Positions 1 to 9,296 of a stretch of 38,936 nt of DNA are shown here, piece after piece (the first letter of the stretch is position 1; the number at the start of each line of letters is the position of its first letter). Position numbers and translations under genes: made by a program. The stretch is from contig VBAE01000093.1 in NCBI GenBank assembly GCA_005882415.1, forward strand, positions 1 to 38,936, given 5' to 3'. The stretch is from Alphaproteobacteria bacterium (GTDB lineage: Bacteria > Pseudomonadota > Alphaproteobacteria > Sphingomonadales > Sphingomonadaceae). A model generated the notes under the pieces. It saw only the letters and a program-made list of their open reading frames with translations, was not told the DNA's origin and did not search any database.

Positions 1-2
1 AC

Positions 3-485
3 CGACCGGTTGAAGCCGCGCGAATCCGCGTTTCGGCAGAGCTGAATGGCGTGCCCGCGCCCCAACGAGCGCTGCTCGACGCTGGCTTGGCGCTGGCCAG
101 CGACGACCCCGGAGTAGCGGCTGGGCATCTGGTCGCAGCGCTCGGCGACGATCCGGCGGAGGCTGTATCCGAGTATGTGCGCGACCTCGAGCGGCTGCTT
201 CGGCTCGCTGAGCAGAGGGGGCATGGTGAGCGTCTGATCGCTTGGTTCGAGGAAAGCGGCTTGGCCGACCGGCTAGCGCCCGTCCACGCCGCCTTCGTCG
301 CTTATGTACGGGGCGAGCGGACCCTGCTGGACGTCAATCCCGAAGTCAGGCGGCCGGCGCAGATCCTCTACGACCGACTCGACGCGCCCCGTCAGTATCG
401 GCGCGGCAAGGCACGGGGGCAGGCGCCGGCGAAACGCGGGCGCGGGCGGCCTCCGAAGGAGGGCCGAGGGAGGGCGGCTCGCTAG
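3..485 (+). CDS. C-terminal part of a helical protein (5' end outside window), ending in an AT-hook-like basic tail
   Basis: Frame is open from base 3 to TAG at 483-485; helical Ala/Leu-rich sequence; tail KRGRGRPPK. Confidence 0.7.
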   Translation, partial: RPVEAARIRVSAELNGVPAPQRALLDAGLALASDDPGVAAGHLVAALGDDPAEAVSEYVRDLERLLRLAEQRGHGERLIAWFEESGLADRLAPVHAAFVAYVRGERTLLDVNPEVRRPAQILYDRLDAPRQYRRGKARGQAPAKRGRGRPPKEGRGRAAR

Positions 486-560
486 CGGCGCTGAGCGACG
501 CGCTGGTGCGGGATTCGGAGAGAATTGTTGTGAGGGGGACAGGTGCTGGTTCCTGTGATT

Positions 561-585
561 GGGGCAGTCACTAGCGACTGTCCCC
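561..585. repeat. Short REP-like imperfect palindrome GGGGCAGTCAC-TA-GCGACTGTCCCC
   Basis: Imperfect inverted repeat in an intergenic region, with further GGGGACAG / CTGTCCC words at ~536 and ~591. Confidence 0.35.
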
Positions 586-625
586 TCCCACTGTCCCTGT
601 CGCGGCCGATGTGGGAAGATGGGGG

Positions 626-1069
626 ATGAGAAGGAGTCTTGCCTCGCTCGGCTTTGTCCTGGCCTTCGCGGCCGGTGGGTGCGCGGCGGGGGTGGCGGCA
701 CAATATAGGGTCCCGGCGGAGGAGGAGGCGCCGTTCGCGCGGCCGGCGGTGTCGCCGCCGATGCCGGGGCAGCGCGGGCTGTGGATCGGGCCGATCCGGC
801 TGTGCCGGGACGATGTTTTGGCGGTGCGCAGGATCGCGGATCCTTATCTGGGCCACGCGCTGGTGCTGAGCTTCGCGCCGGCGATCCAGCCGCAGCTCGG
901 GCAGCTGACCTCCGGCATGGTCGGCCGGCCGCTGGCGGTCCGGATCGACGGGCGGGTCGTTTCGGAGCCCCACGTCAACGAGCCGATCCTCGGCACCGAG
1001 CTGCAGATCAGCGGACCGACCGACGCCGAGACGGACGCGATCGAGGCGGCGGCGAAGGCGGCCTGCTGA
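626..1069 (+). CDS. Exported protein with a stand-alone SecDF P1-head-like domain
   Basis: Signal/lipoprotein-like N-terminus (LAFAAGGC); LTSGMVGRPLAVRIDGRVVSEPHVNEPILGTELQISG resembles the SecD P1 head. Confidence 0.65.
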   Translation: MRRSLASLGFVLAFAAGGCAAGVAAQYRVPAEEEAPFARPAVSPPMPGQRGLWIGPIRLCRDDVLAVRRIADPYLGHALVLSFAPAIQPQLGQLTSGMVGRPLAVRIDGRVVSEPHVNEPILGTELQISGPTDAETDAIEAAAKAAC

Positions 1070-1129
1070 GGGGGGCGACAGGTACGTAGCTGTTGGGGGT
1101 TGGGGGTTGGATCCCTAACACCCCCTTCC

Positions 1130-1804
1130 CTACCTCCTGTGGTGGCGCAGCAGGGTCATTGCTTCTTCGACGGTCATCGGGGGGAGCGGGCAGTCTTCTA
1201 CGCGGTCGAGCCATTCCTCCTCGCTCTCGCCGATTTGGGGGCCGGCGAGGAGGTCGAAGCTTTGGTGGATTGCGGAGCGGAGGCGCTCGCAGGCGACGTC
1301 GAGATTGTCCTCCACCGCGCGGGCGAAGGCGGGGCAGCGGCGGCGGCGGCGGTGGAAGCTGGTGTGGGCGAAGCCGGCTTGCGCGGCGGCGAGGCGGAGG
1401 TTGGCGGTGCCGCCGACATGCGCGAGGAAATGGGCCTGGGCGGCCTGCGTCATCTGGCCGGGGAGCGCTCGGCGGAGCTGGAGGCGGCCGGATTTCAGGC
1501 GGACGATGTAGGGCTCGCCGCCGCTCGTCCTGAGCGGAGCGCGCGAGAAGGCGGGAGCGGGGAGGCTTTCCGCGGGGGCGCGGTGGAAGGCGGCGAGCGC
1601 CTGCTGCCAGGCGGCGGCGAAGGCGCGGTCCTTGGCTCGGCGCTTTGTGTAGGTCGAGCGGTGGACGCGGAGGCGGCGGGCGGCGAGGCGGGCGTTGCCG
1701 GTCTCGGCCAGGGCCGCGAGGAAGGCGCTGTTCTCGCGGGCGCGGCGGTGTTGGAAGGGGGTCGTTGCGGACGGTCCGGGTTGGTGAGCCGGGGATGGTC
1801 TCAA
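1130..1804 (-). CDS. Hypothetical protein with two tandem HTH-like repeats (terminase-small-subunit-like motif)
   Basis: Repeats FLAALAETGNARLAARRLRVHRSTYTKRRAKDRAFAAAW and FLAHVGGTANLRLAAAQAGFAHTSFHRRRRRCPAFARAV; start uncertain. Confidence 0.65.
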   Translation of the reverse strand: MRPSPAHQPGPSATTPFQHRRARENSAFLAALAETGNARLAARRLRVHRSTYTKRRAKDRAFAAAWQQALAAFHRAPAESLPAPAFSRAPLRTSGGEPYIVRLKSGRLQLRRALPGQMTQAAQAHFLAHVGGTANLRLAAAQAGFAHTSFHRRRRRCPAFARAVEDNLDVACERLRSAIHQSFDLLAGPQIGESEEEWLDRVEDCPLPPMTVEEAMTLLRHHRR

Positions 1805-1864
1805 GCGAAATCCAATTGTTCAAGGGGGTTTGCGCCGGAGGGGGTAGGCGCCTATCTCGCGGGC

Positions 1865-2144
1865 ATGTCGTGGATCCTTCGGATGCTGGTGCTGCTGGCG
1901 GTGCTGATCGCGCCACTGGGGATGGCCGGGGCTTCGGCTTCCGCCCAGATGTCCGTGGCTCCTCCGGCGGCGGCCGCGGGGCATTGCGCGGAGATGGGCG
2001 GGACGACCAAGCGGCACGACGATCGCAACGTGCCGGGGCATAAAGCGGGCTGTGTGCTCGCTTGTGTGGCTCTGCCGGCGGGGGCGGCCTCGCTTGACGG
2101 ATGTGCGACCGGAAGCGGAGATTCCGCCGCCTCGCGCGGGCTGA
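1865..2144 (+). pseudogene. Small DUF2946/CutF/CopL-like exported peptide with CxxxC and C-terminal PPPR; 1-nt frameshift near 2100
   Basis: ATG 1865, signal peptide, HCAEM, CVLAC; shifted frame 2109-2144 reads PEAEIPPPRAG-stop. Confidence 0.6.
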
Positions 2145-2210
2145 CCCCCCCGCCCCCTTCCCTCCTTAGCTTTTGAAGCCGCGACGCGTGCGCGGCGGAG
2201 TTCTTGTCAC

Positions 2211-3504
2211 ATGAAAGCCAGATTGCTGGCCGGGGCGCTCGGCCTCGGCCTCCTCGCCGCGACGCCGGCCTCCGCCCAGCATCAGGGGCACGACATGGGG
2301 GCTATGCCTGCGCCCGCCCCTCCCGCTGCCGAGGAGCATGAGCACCATCAGGGGATGGCGATGCCGCCCGAGTCCGGTCATTCGGGGCATGGGATGCGGG
2401 CGGCGCTCGGGCCTTATCCGGCGACGCGGGAGGCTTCGGGGACCGCCTGGCAGCCGGACGTTTCGCCCCACCACGGGGTGATGGGCGAGGCGGGCGGGTG
2501 GAGCCTGATGGGGCATGGGGTGCTGAACCTCGTCTACGACACGCAGGAGGGGCCGCGGGGGGACGACAAGGCGTTCGCGTCAGGCATGGTCATGGGGATG
2601 GCGCAGCGGGGGTTCGGGGACGGCAGCGTGCTCCAGTTCAAGGCGATGGTCAGCCCGGATCCGCTGATGGGGAAAAGGGGCTATCCTTTGCTGCTGGCTT
2701 CGGGGGAGACTGCGAACGGGGCGGATCCGCTCATCGACCGCCAGCACCCGCACGACTTCTTCATGGAGCTGTCGGCGAGCTTCTCCGTGCCGGTGGCGGA
2801 GGGGGCGAGCCTGTTCGTCTATGCCGGGCTTCCGGGCGAGCCTGCGTTCGGGCCGCCGGCCTTCATGCACCGCCTCTCGATCCTGGATTCGCCCGAGGCG
2901 CCGATCACCCACCATTGGCTCGATTCCACGCACATCGTGTTCGGGGTGGCGACGGCGGGGTTGGTCGTCGGGCGGGCGAAGATCGAGGCGTCGAGGTTCC
3001 ACGGGCGGGAGCCGGACCAGCACCGGTGGGACATCGAGACGGGGCCGCTGGATTCGACGGCGGTCAGGGTGTCGTTCAACCCGGCGCCGGAATGGGCGCT
3101 GCAGGCGAGCTGGGCGCGGCTCAAGAGCCCCGAGCAGCTCGAGCCGGAGCGCAACCAGACTCGCTGGTCGGCGAGCGCGATCTATACCAAGCGGCTGGGG
3201 GGGGAACGGTGGTGGTCGACGACTTTGGCCTGGGGGCGGCGGAGCGCGGAGCACGGGCAGCTGGACGCGGCGGCGCTGGAGGGGGCGCTTGGGCTGGGGG
3301 CGTGGACTTTGTTCGGGCGCGCGGAATATGCGGAGAATGACGAGCTCGTTGCTGGAAGCGGGGGGGCGGGGGGCGGCGGCGGAACATGTGAAGCTCGGCG
3401 CCGGCGCGCTGGTCTCGCTGAACTTCGTCCCCCACCAGCTCGAAGCCCTCTACGCCGGCGACCCCAAAGGCGCGATGGCCTTCGTCCGGATGAAGGTGGA
3501 CTAG
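2211..3504 (+). pseudogene. His/Met-rich outer-membrane beta-barrel-like protein (putative metal-related); frameshifted near 3360
   Basis: Signal peptide; QHQGHDMGAM...HEHHQGMAM; QHPHDFFMEL; barrel-like C-terminus EHVKLGAGALVSLNFVP...AFVRMKVD lies in another frame after a G-run. Confidence 0.65.
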
Positions 3505-3523
3505 CGCCCGGCGGGCTACGCTT

Positions 3524-4450
3524 TCAGCTCTCGTTATAGGCCCGGTCGAGAAGCGGCTTCGCCTTCTCCAGGTCGGAATCGCTGGCAATGGTGATTTCGA
3601 GGTCGCCGGTCCCGAAATGTCCGATCTTGCGGACGTCGCGGGTGAAGCCGGGCTGGAGATCGACTGTGTCCGGATCGACCTTCACGAACACCAGGATCTT
3701 CCCCAACTGGTTGCGCAGCTCGACGCAGGCGAAATTCTTGATCCGGCGGAACGCGACGTAGAAGTCGGTCACCTTCACTGTCACGTCGTCGCCGAGGCTG
3801 GAGAGATGGCTGGCCAGCGCCTCATAGCGATCGCGCAGCACGGGCGGTGCCGCGTCGATGTGCATGGTCACCGTCTTGTACTTCGCCTTCGCTCCGGCCG
3901 GGGCACCCGCGCCGGTCGGGTTGCCAGTCGAGGGGCCGGACCCCGTGCTCCGGGCCGTCGTGGCCGTCAGCTGCTCCAGCAGCAGCAGGTCGCCCTCGAA
4001 CTTCCTGTAGCGGATGAGGTCGATGTTGCGGTCCATCTGGCGCACCGCATGCTCGTCATATTTGGTGAAGTCGCCGGCGATGCAGATCAGCCGCGGCCCG
4101 CTCCAGTCGACCTTCTGCGCCTCCTCCATTCCGAAGCGCTGCAACACCAGCCACTCGAAATCCTTGCGGTGCCCCATCAGCCAGTTGAGGTAGAACAGCC
4201 CCTGGTTGATGACGTTCTCGTTGGTCGCCCGCTTATATTCGATGATCACCGGGCTGCGGTTCTCGTCGATCCCGATCGTATCCATCCGTCCGCCCTCGCA
4301 GACGAGCTCTGAGGCGAGAAAGCGGACCCCGAGCAGAGCATCGAGGTTCTTCTCGAACAGGAGCTGGAGCGAGCGTTCGAGCGCAACGGCGCCGCCGGAG
4401 AGCTCGGCGACGGTGTCGTTGGCGGTGCGGAAAAGTTTCAGGTCACTCAC
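3524..4450 (-). CDS. NucS/DUF91-like PD-(D/E)XK nuclease fused to a DUF5655-like domain
   Basis: LERSLQ...GRMDTIGIDENRSPVIIEYKR motif; C-terminal YVAFRRIKNFACVE...RDVRKIGHFGTGDLEI. Confidence 0.8.
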   Translation of the reverse strand: MSDLKLFRTANDTVAELSGGAVALERSLQLLFEKNLDALLGVRFLASELVCEGGRMDTIGIDENRSPVIIEYKRATNENVINQGLFYLNWLMGHRKDFEWLVLQRFGMEEAQKVDWSGPRLICIAGDFTKYDEHAVRQMDRNIDLIRYRKFEGDLLLLEQLTATTARSTGSGPSTGNPTGAGAPAGAKAKYKTVTMHIDAAPPVLRDRYEALASHLSSLGDDVTVKVTDFYVAFRRIKNFACVELRNQLGKILVFVKVDPDTVDLQPGFTRDVRKIGHFGTGDLEITIASDSDLEKAKPLLDRAYNES

Positions 4451-4462
4451 TGCTCAGCTCCG

Positions 4463-6757
4463 TCATTCCGGGAGGAAGCCGAGGTCGTAGACCATCGGGC
4501 GCAGCTTTGCTGAGAGTGCAGCATAGACCGTGCTGAATGGGTCGAAGTCTGTCAGTTCTGGATCCCCATAAGCTTGGAGTGCCCGGCGAATCTGGTACCA
4601 GCCCGCGTCGGGGCGGCCGAGCTTGAGCTCATCTCGAATCGTGCGCGGGAAGTCCGTCGCGTGAAACCGCGCCCAGAGCTTGCGCCCCTCATCGAGTACG
4701 GCCTGCGCTTCGGACGAAAAGGCCATATTCTCCATGTAGCGGACCAGGAAGTCGCTCTCGAACCGCCCCTTTGCCCCGACATGGGCCTCAGTGAACGGGA
4801 TGAAGTGGTTGATCAGCGACCATTCGCGGTCGTTCCAGCGCAGCCCGTCAGCGCCTGCGGTCAGGTTGCTGCCGTTGAAGAGCATCCACACGAGGCAGTC
4901 GGACTTCCACTCATCGCTCAGCGGCTTTGACGGCTGGAGAAACTGGTCGCGGTCATTGAGCCATGTCGGCCTGATGAGGCGACGGACGGCGAATATGACG
5001 GCCGAATGGCACAGATTGTCGGGGAGAACGTATGATCCGCCGCCATTTCTGCCAGTATAAATAGAGGACGTAAGGCAGGTCCCCGTCGCGGCGTTCTGCA
5101 AATCGTTGTTGCCTGCGAACAGATAACCCACGCTTCCGGCACAGGAGAGCTTTTTTCGTGGATTTCGTGAGACTGTAAGAGCGTTTGACAATGGTAAAGC
5201 TAGTTCGCCACGAGCTTGGGGAGGAGATATCCAAGCGTTCAGGAGCGAGGTTGTCGGGCGCACCACATACGTCTTTTCGCCAATCAACGCACCGGTTCGA
5301 TCAAGTGCGCGCGTCGAGATGTCACCAATCACCTCGTGCTGAGACTGATCCCAGATCAGAAATCCGATAGGAAAGTCGCCATTGAGACCATCGAAGGCCC
5401 GACTGTGAACAACAAAGCCGTCGAGATACTTCCCTCGCCAAACCCGGCGGAATGGTTCGAAATTTGGTGCATTGACGTACTTTAACGTGCTGAACATCGC
5501 GAGCGTCGAGTTTGGCAACTCCTGCCGAATGCGAATTAGGAACTGCGCGAACAACTCCTTGCTTGCGTAACCAAGGTTCAATTCGTGCATCGCGCCATTG
5601 ATGCGCGTCTTCTCCACGCCGATCTTGTTTTCATCTCCCTTGGCAATGCCGGAGCCGCTTTCCGCATATGGCGGATTGATGAGCACCAGGATCGGCTTCG
5701 CACCCTCGACCCCTGCCTTGGCATCCGCAATCGCCTGGCGCAGCGCCGTTGGCACCTTATTCGTCAGGCTGTAGTCGATCTGCCCAAAGTCCGTTACATC
5801 GTCATTGAGATAGTCGTACTGAAACATCTCAGCGCCCAGGCAGATGTTGTTCGCGCGCATGATGTCAATATCGACCTGATCCAAGGTCGACATGAAGACG
5901 TTGCGATAGTTGCTGTGCTTGACCTCCAGATTGCCAACACCGCAGCACATGTCCCAGACGATATAGCGGTCCTGCCACCCCTCCCCAAGCGTCGCGAGCA
6001 GCTGCTCATAGGCTTTGTCGACAATGTGCAGCGGTGTGTAAAAGGCACCTTTGAATTTCTGCTCGTCGATGGGCAGCAGGCTGTCGCGCCGTTCGAGCAG
6101 CCACCGGCGATGCTTTACCTCGGGAGGACGTAGATATATTGCCCAGAAGTCGTTGTAGGCACGCAGGTTCGTGACCGGCAAAAATCCGCTCGCGCCGCGC
6201 AGCGTGAACGCTGGCCTGCCGTCGAAGGTACCGAGCTGGGCACCGACCGAAGCATAGGCGGACCGCTCACCATCGTGCATGATGTCGGCAAAGAACAGCG
6301 TGGCGTGGTCGGCCGCGTTGGCTATGCCCAGCTCGCTGCCGATCATCGCGACCCATCTTGCATAGGTGGTGAAATGTGCGCTGACGTACGGCGCAATCTG
6401 CGCGGCCAGTTCCTTGCCCGCCGCCGAACCTGAAGCGGGCCAGGCGATGTTCGCATCTTCCAGCACCGGCAGTGCTACTTCGGTCTGCAAGATTGCGCCT
6501 TTTTCAGGATCGATAACGGCGAGAAACGCCGGAACCGGCTCGCCTCGAAGTCGGGCGCTGCGGACGTAAACCAGCAGCTGCGCGAACATGAGGAGCGGTG
6601 CAGCAGGTGAGCCCTTCGCCTCGAACCAAACCGCGTCGGTCTGAATATCGACGAGCCCCTTGGAGTAGTCTTTGGGACTAAGGCCCAGGGCTTTGAGATA
6701 GGCGTCCTTGACGTCCTCTTCGGAACGAGCGCGAGCAAGATCTGCCGATAGGGTCAT
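4463..6757 (-). CDS. Fused restriction-modification-like enzyme (N-terminal PD-(D/E)XK, amino-methyltransferase, C-terminal specificity region; Type IIG-like)
   Basis: SEEDVK...VDIQTDAVWFEAK; GAFYTP; motif I VWDMCCGVGNL; motif IV INPPY; visibly lower GC than flanks. Confidence 0.75.
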   Translation of the reverse strand: MTLSADLARARSEEDVKDAYLKALGLSPKDYSKGLVDIQTDAVWFEAKGSPAAPLLMFAQLLVYVRSARLRGEPVPAFLAVIDPEKGAILQTEVALPVLEDANIAWPASGSAAGKELAAQIAPYVSAHFTTYARWVAMIGSELGIANAADHATLFFADIMHDGERSAYASVGAQLGTFDGRPAFTLRGASGFLPVTNLRAYNDFWAIYLRPPEVKHRRWLLERRDSLLPIDEQKFKGAFYTPLHIVDKAYEQLLATLGEGWQDRYIVWDMCCGVGNLEVKHSNYRNVFMSTLDQVDIDIMRANNICLGAEMFQYDYLNDDVTDFGQIDYSLTNKVPTALRQAIADAKAGVEGAKPILVLINPPYAESGSGIAKGDENKIGVEKTRINGAMHELNLGYASKELFAQFLIRIRQELPNSTLAMFSTLKYVNAPNFEPFRRVWRGKYLDGFVVHSRAFDGLNGDFPIGFLIWDQSQHEVIGDISTRALDRTGALIGEKTYVVRPTTSLLNAWISPPQARGELALPLSNALTVSRNPRKKLSCAGSVGYLFAGNNDLQNAATGTCLTSSIYTGRNGGGSYVLPDNLCHSAVIFAVRRLIRPTWLNDRDQFLQPSKPLSDEWKSDCLVWMLFNGSNLTAGADGLRWNDREWSLINHFIPFTEAHVGAKGRFESDFLVRYMENMAFSSEAQAVLDEGRKLWARFHATDFPRTIRDELKLGRPDAGWYQIRRALQAYGDPELTDFDPFSTVYAALSAKLRPMVYDLGFLPE

Positions 6758-6882
6758 CGCGTTCTCTGGGAGGCTAGAAACCTAAGCGCACCGCGGCTCC
6801 CGCAGCTTAGGTCGGGGTAACCCTCTCCGTGCTGCTCCGGCAGCACATCGAGATTGTCCCCGTAAAACAGCTTGTTCGTCAT
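6754..6882 (-). pseudogene. 42-aa remnant of a site-specific DNA methyltransferase
   Basis: MTNKLFYGDNLDVL is a typical beta-class MTase N-terminus; GGAGG RBS upstream; its TGA overlaps the next ATG. Confidence 0.6.
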
Positions 6883-7012
6883 CACGCCTCCGACCCTTGC
6901 ATCAGGGGTATAGGCCCTCGGGTGGTTCGACAAGCAAGCCGCGCGTATCCAGAGCGAATCCGCTGCTGAGGCTGAAGGCGCGAACCGACCACCCTTTGCC
7001 GAGCTTGCCGGC

Positions 7013-7041
7013 TTGATCCCAAATTGGGAACATAGTAAGCA
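7013..7041 (+). promoter_or_regulatory. higBA promoter with overlapping operator palindrome
   Basis: TTGATC-N17-TAAGCA just upstream of ATG 7048; palindrome TCCCAA-A-TTGGGA at 7017-7029. Confidence 0.55.
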
Positions 7042-7047
7042 GCCTCT

Positions 7048-7344
7048 ATGCGGGTGATCGCGCTGAAGCGGCTGCGGGAGCATTGGGAGAGGCCGGGCTG
7101 CGGGGATAGCGAGCAGCCGCTGAAGGCGTGGTATGCGATCGTCCGTGAGGCTTCGTGGCGGCATTTCGCCGATGTGAAGGCGCAGTTCGGCAGCGCCAGC
7201 GCCGTGGGAGACAGGGTCGTGTTCAACGTCGCCGGCAACAAATACCGGCTGGTCGCCTACATCAATTGCGCCTTCTACACCGTCTACGTCCGCTTCGTCG
7301 GCACCCACGCGGAATATGACGAGCTCAGCATCGAGGACGTTTGA
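7048..7344 (+). CDS. higB: HigB-family toxin (RelE-like mRNA interferase)
   Basis: MRVIALKRLREHW...RVVFNVAGNKYRLV...RFVGTHAEYD; toxin-first gene order. Confidence 0.92.
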   Translation: MRVIALKRLREHWERPGCGDSEQPLKAWYAIVREASWRHFADVKAQFGSASAVGDRVVFNVAGNKYRLVAYINCAFYTVYVRFVGTHAEYDELSIEDV

Positions 7345-7347
7345 AAC

Positions 7348-7731
7348 ATGGTCGAGGTCAATCCCATCCGCACCGAGCGCGATTACGAAGCGGCGCTGGC
7401 CGAGATCGAAGGGCTGATGGCGGCCGCGCCCGGCACGTCGGAGGGGGACAGGCTCGACGTGCTGGTCACGCTGGTTCAGGCGTATGAGGCGGAGCACCAT
7501 GCGATCGAGGCGCCGGACCCGATTTCGCTGCTTCAGTTCGTGATGGAGCAGAGAGGCCTCGACCGCGCAGCACTCCAGCCGATGATCGGGGATCGCGGGC
7601 GCGTCTCGGAGGTCATGGCCCGCAAGCGCCCGCTGACCCTCACTATGATCCGGCGCCTGCAGGAGAATCTCGGCCTGCCCGCCGAAATCCTGGTGCGGCC
7701 CTACGAGCTGAGTCGCTCGAAGGCGGCTTAA
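7348..7731 (+). CDS. higA: HigA-family antitoxin, XRE HTH
   Basis: PIRTERDYEAALAEIE...RGRVSEVMARKRPLTLTMIRRL. Confidence 0.92.
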   Translation: MVEVNPIRTERDYEAALAEIEGLMAAAPGTSEGDRLDVLVTLVQAYEAEHHAIEAPDPISLLQFVMEQRGLDRAALQPMIGDRGRVSEVMARKRPLTLTMIRRLQENLGLPAEILVRPYELSRSKAA

Positions 7732-7746
7732 ACCTCTCTGCAGGAT

Positions 7747-7775
7747 TTGCGCTGGACGTCCAGTTCCGCTAAAGG
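7747..7775 (+). promoter_or_regulatory. Putative sigma70 promoter of rplK-rplA
   Basis: TTGCGC-N17-TAAAGG, alphaproteobacterial-type, upstream of rplK. Confidence 0.45.
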
Positions 7776-7805
7776 CCCCGCCTTCCAACGCAGCAGCAGC
7801 GGATC

Positions 7806-7838
7806 GACCCCATCGAAGTGGTACTTCGACGGGAACCC
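7806..7838 (+). repeat. 33-bp hairpin element (family also at 9566 and 9792) in the rplK leader
   Basis: GACCCCATCGAAGTGGTACTTCGACGGGAACCC vs GACCCCATCAAAGTACTACTTTGATGGGAACCC. Confidence 0.75.
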
Positions 7839-7950
7839 GATGAGGCTGTGAAGGAAGAGTGCGGGAGAGACGCCTCGGCGCCTCGCTTGAACCGCTAAAC
7901 TTGAACCCGGCCGTGCGCCTCGCGCGCGGCCGACCTACAGAGTGGGACAC

Positions 7951-8382
7951 ATGGCTAAGAAAATCACGGGCTATATCAAGCTCCAGGTGCCTGCGGGCGC
8001 CGCCAATCCGTCGCCGCCGATCGGGCCGGCGCTGGGTCAGCGGGGCGTCAACATCATGGAATTCTGCAAGTCGTTCAACGCGGCGACCGGCGAGCTCGAG
8101 AAGGGCATGCCGATCCCGACTGTGATCACCGTCTATGCGGACCGTTCCTTCTCGTTCGAGACCAAGACTCCGCCGGCGACCTTCCTCCTGAAGAAGGCGG
8201 CGGGGCTGAAGTCGGGTTCGAAGGAGCCGGGCAAGGCGATTGCGGGCCGCGTCAAGCGCTCGCAGCTTCGCGAGATCGCCGAAGTGAAGATGAAGGATTT
8301 GAACGCCAACGACCTCGACGCCGCGGCGAAGATCATCGAAGGCTCCGCCCGCGCGATGGGCCTCGAAGTGGTGGAGGGCTGA
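7951..8382 (+). CDS. rplK: 50S ribosomal protein L11
   Basis: [40 protein letters not shown]. Confidence 0.99.
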   Translation: MAKKITGYIKLQVPAGAANPSPPIGPALGQRGVNIMEFCKSFNAATGELEKGMPIPTVITVYADRSFSFETKTPPATFLLKKAAGLKSGSKEPGKAIAGRVKRSQLREIAEVKMKDLNANDLDAAAKIIEGSARAMGLEVVEG

Positions 8383-8386
8383 TCCG

Positions 8387-9085
8387 ATGGCCAAGCAGAC
8401 CAAGAAGCAGAAGGCCCTCGAAGCCGCCGTCGACCGCAACCGGTTCTATCCGGTCAATGAGGCGATCGAGACTCTGAAGGCCAATTCCACCGCCAAGTTC
8501 GACGAGACGATCGAAGTCGCGCTGAACCTGGGCGTCGATCCGCGCCACGCCGACCAGATGGTCCGCGGAGTCGTCACGCTTCCCGCCGGCACCGGCAAGG
8601 ACGTCCGCGTGGCGGTGTTCGCGCGCGGCGCCAAGGCCGAGGAAGCGACCGCCGCCGGGGCCGACATCGTCGGCGCCGAGGACCTGATGGAGACCATCCA
8701 GGGCGGCACGATCGACTTCGACCGCGTGATCGCGACCCCGGACATGATGGGCATCGTCGGCCGCCTCGGCAAGGTTCTCGGTCCCAAGGGCCTGATGCCG
8801 AACCCGAAGCTCGGCACCGTCACCCCGAACGTCACCGAAGCCGTCAAGGCGGCCAAGGGCGGCCAGGTCGAGTTCCGGGTCGAGAAGGCCGGGATCATCC
8901 ATTCCGGGATCGGCAAAGCGAGCTTCTCGAACGAGGATCTTCGCCGCAACTTCGACGCGTTCGTCGACGCCATCGTCCGCGCCAAGCCGACCGGCGCCAA
9001 GGGCAAGTACGTCAAGAAGGTGTCGCTGAGCTCGTCCATGGGGCCTGGCCTCAAGGTCGACACGACGGAAGTCGCCAGCGTCTGA
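8387..9085 (+). CDS. rplA: 50S ribosomal protein L1
   Basis: [25 protein letters not shown]...[15 protein letters not shown]. Confidence 0.99.
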   Translation: MAKQTKKQKALEAAVDRNRFYPVNEAIETLKANSTAKFDETIEVALNLGVDPRHADQMVRGVVTLPAGTGKDVRVAVFARGAKAEEATAAGADIVGAEDLMETIQGGTIDFDRVIATPDMMGIVGRLGKVLGPKGLMPNPKLGTVTPNVTEAVKAAKGGQVEFRVEKAGIIHSGIGKASFSNEDLRRNFDAFVDAIVRAKPTGAKGKYVKKVSLSSSMGPGLKVDTTEVASV

Positions 9086-9172
9086 TCGTCATTGCGAGGA
9101 GCGAAGCGACGCGGCAATCCAGCGGGCCTCCGAGGCTGCACTGGATTGCTTCGCTTCGCTCGCAATGACGAT
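9085..9172. repeat. REP doublet, family CGTCATTGCGAGGAGCGAAGCGACGCGGCAATCC
   Basis: Inverted ends CGTCATTGCGAG/CTCGCAATGACG; near-identical copy at 11465-11549. Confidence 0.9.
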
Positions 9173-9183
9173 TTTGAATCGAA

Positions 9184-9224
9184 AAGGAAGGGCCGGGGCA
9201 GCGATGCTACCCGGCCCTTTCCTT
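9184..9224 (+). terminator. Putative intrinsic terminator after rplA
   Basis: AAGGAAGGGCCGGG...CCCGGCCCTTTCCTT hairpin. Confidence 0.65.
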
Positions 9225-9253
9225 GTCCGCGGGACCCCCGCCTCCACACTTGC

Positions 9254-9261
9254 TTAACCAT
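9254..9261 (+). promoter_or_regulatory. TTAACCAT CtrA-type motif
   Basis: Exact 8-mer ~35 bp upstream of a small ORF; also at 16195 and 17558 on the minus strand. Confidence 0.45.
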
Positions 9262-9296
9262 TTTCGTGCTTGGTGGCGGATCATTGGAGGACGTGC

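Noticed and set aside
1818-1831. LexA box upstream of the first HTH paralog
   Set aside because: GTTC-N6-GTTT has wrong spacing and a mismatch
6883-8439. 561-aa minus-strand ORF 6754..8439
   Set aside because: Antisense shadow of higBA and rplK; only its last 42 codons look real
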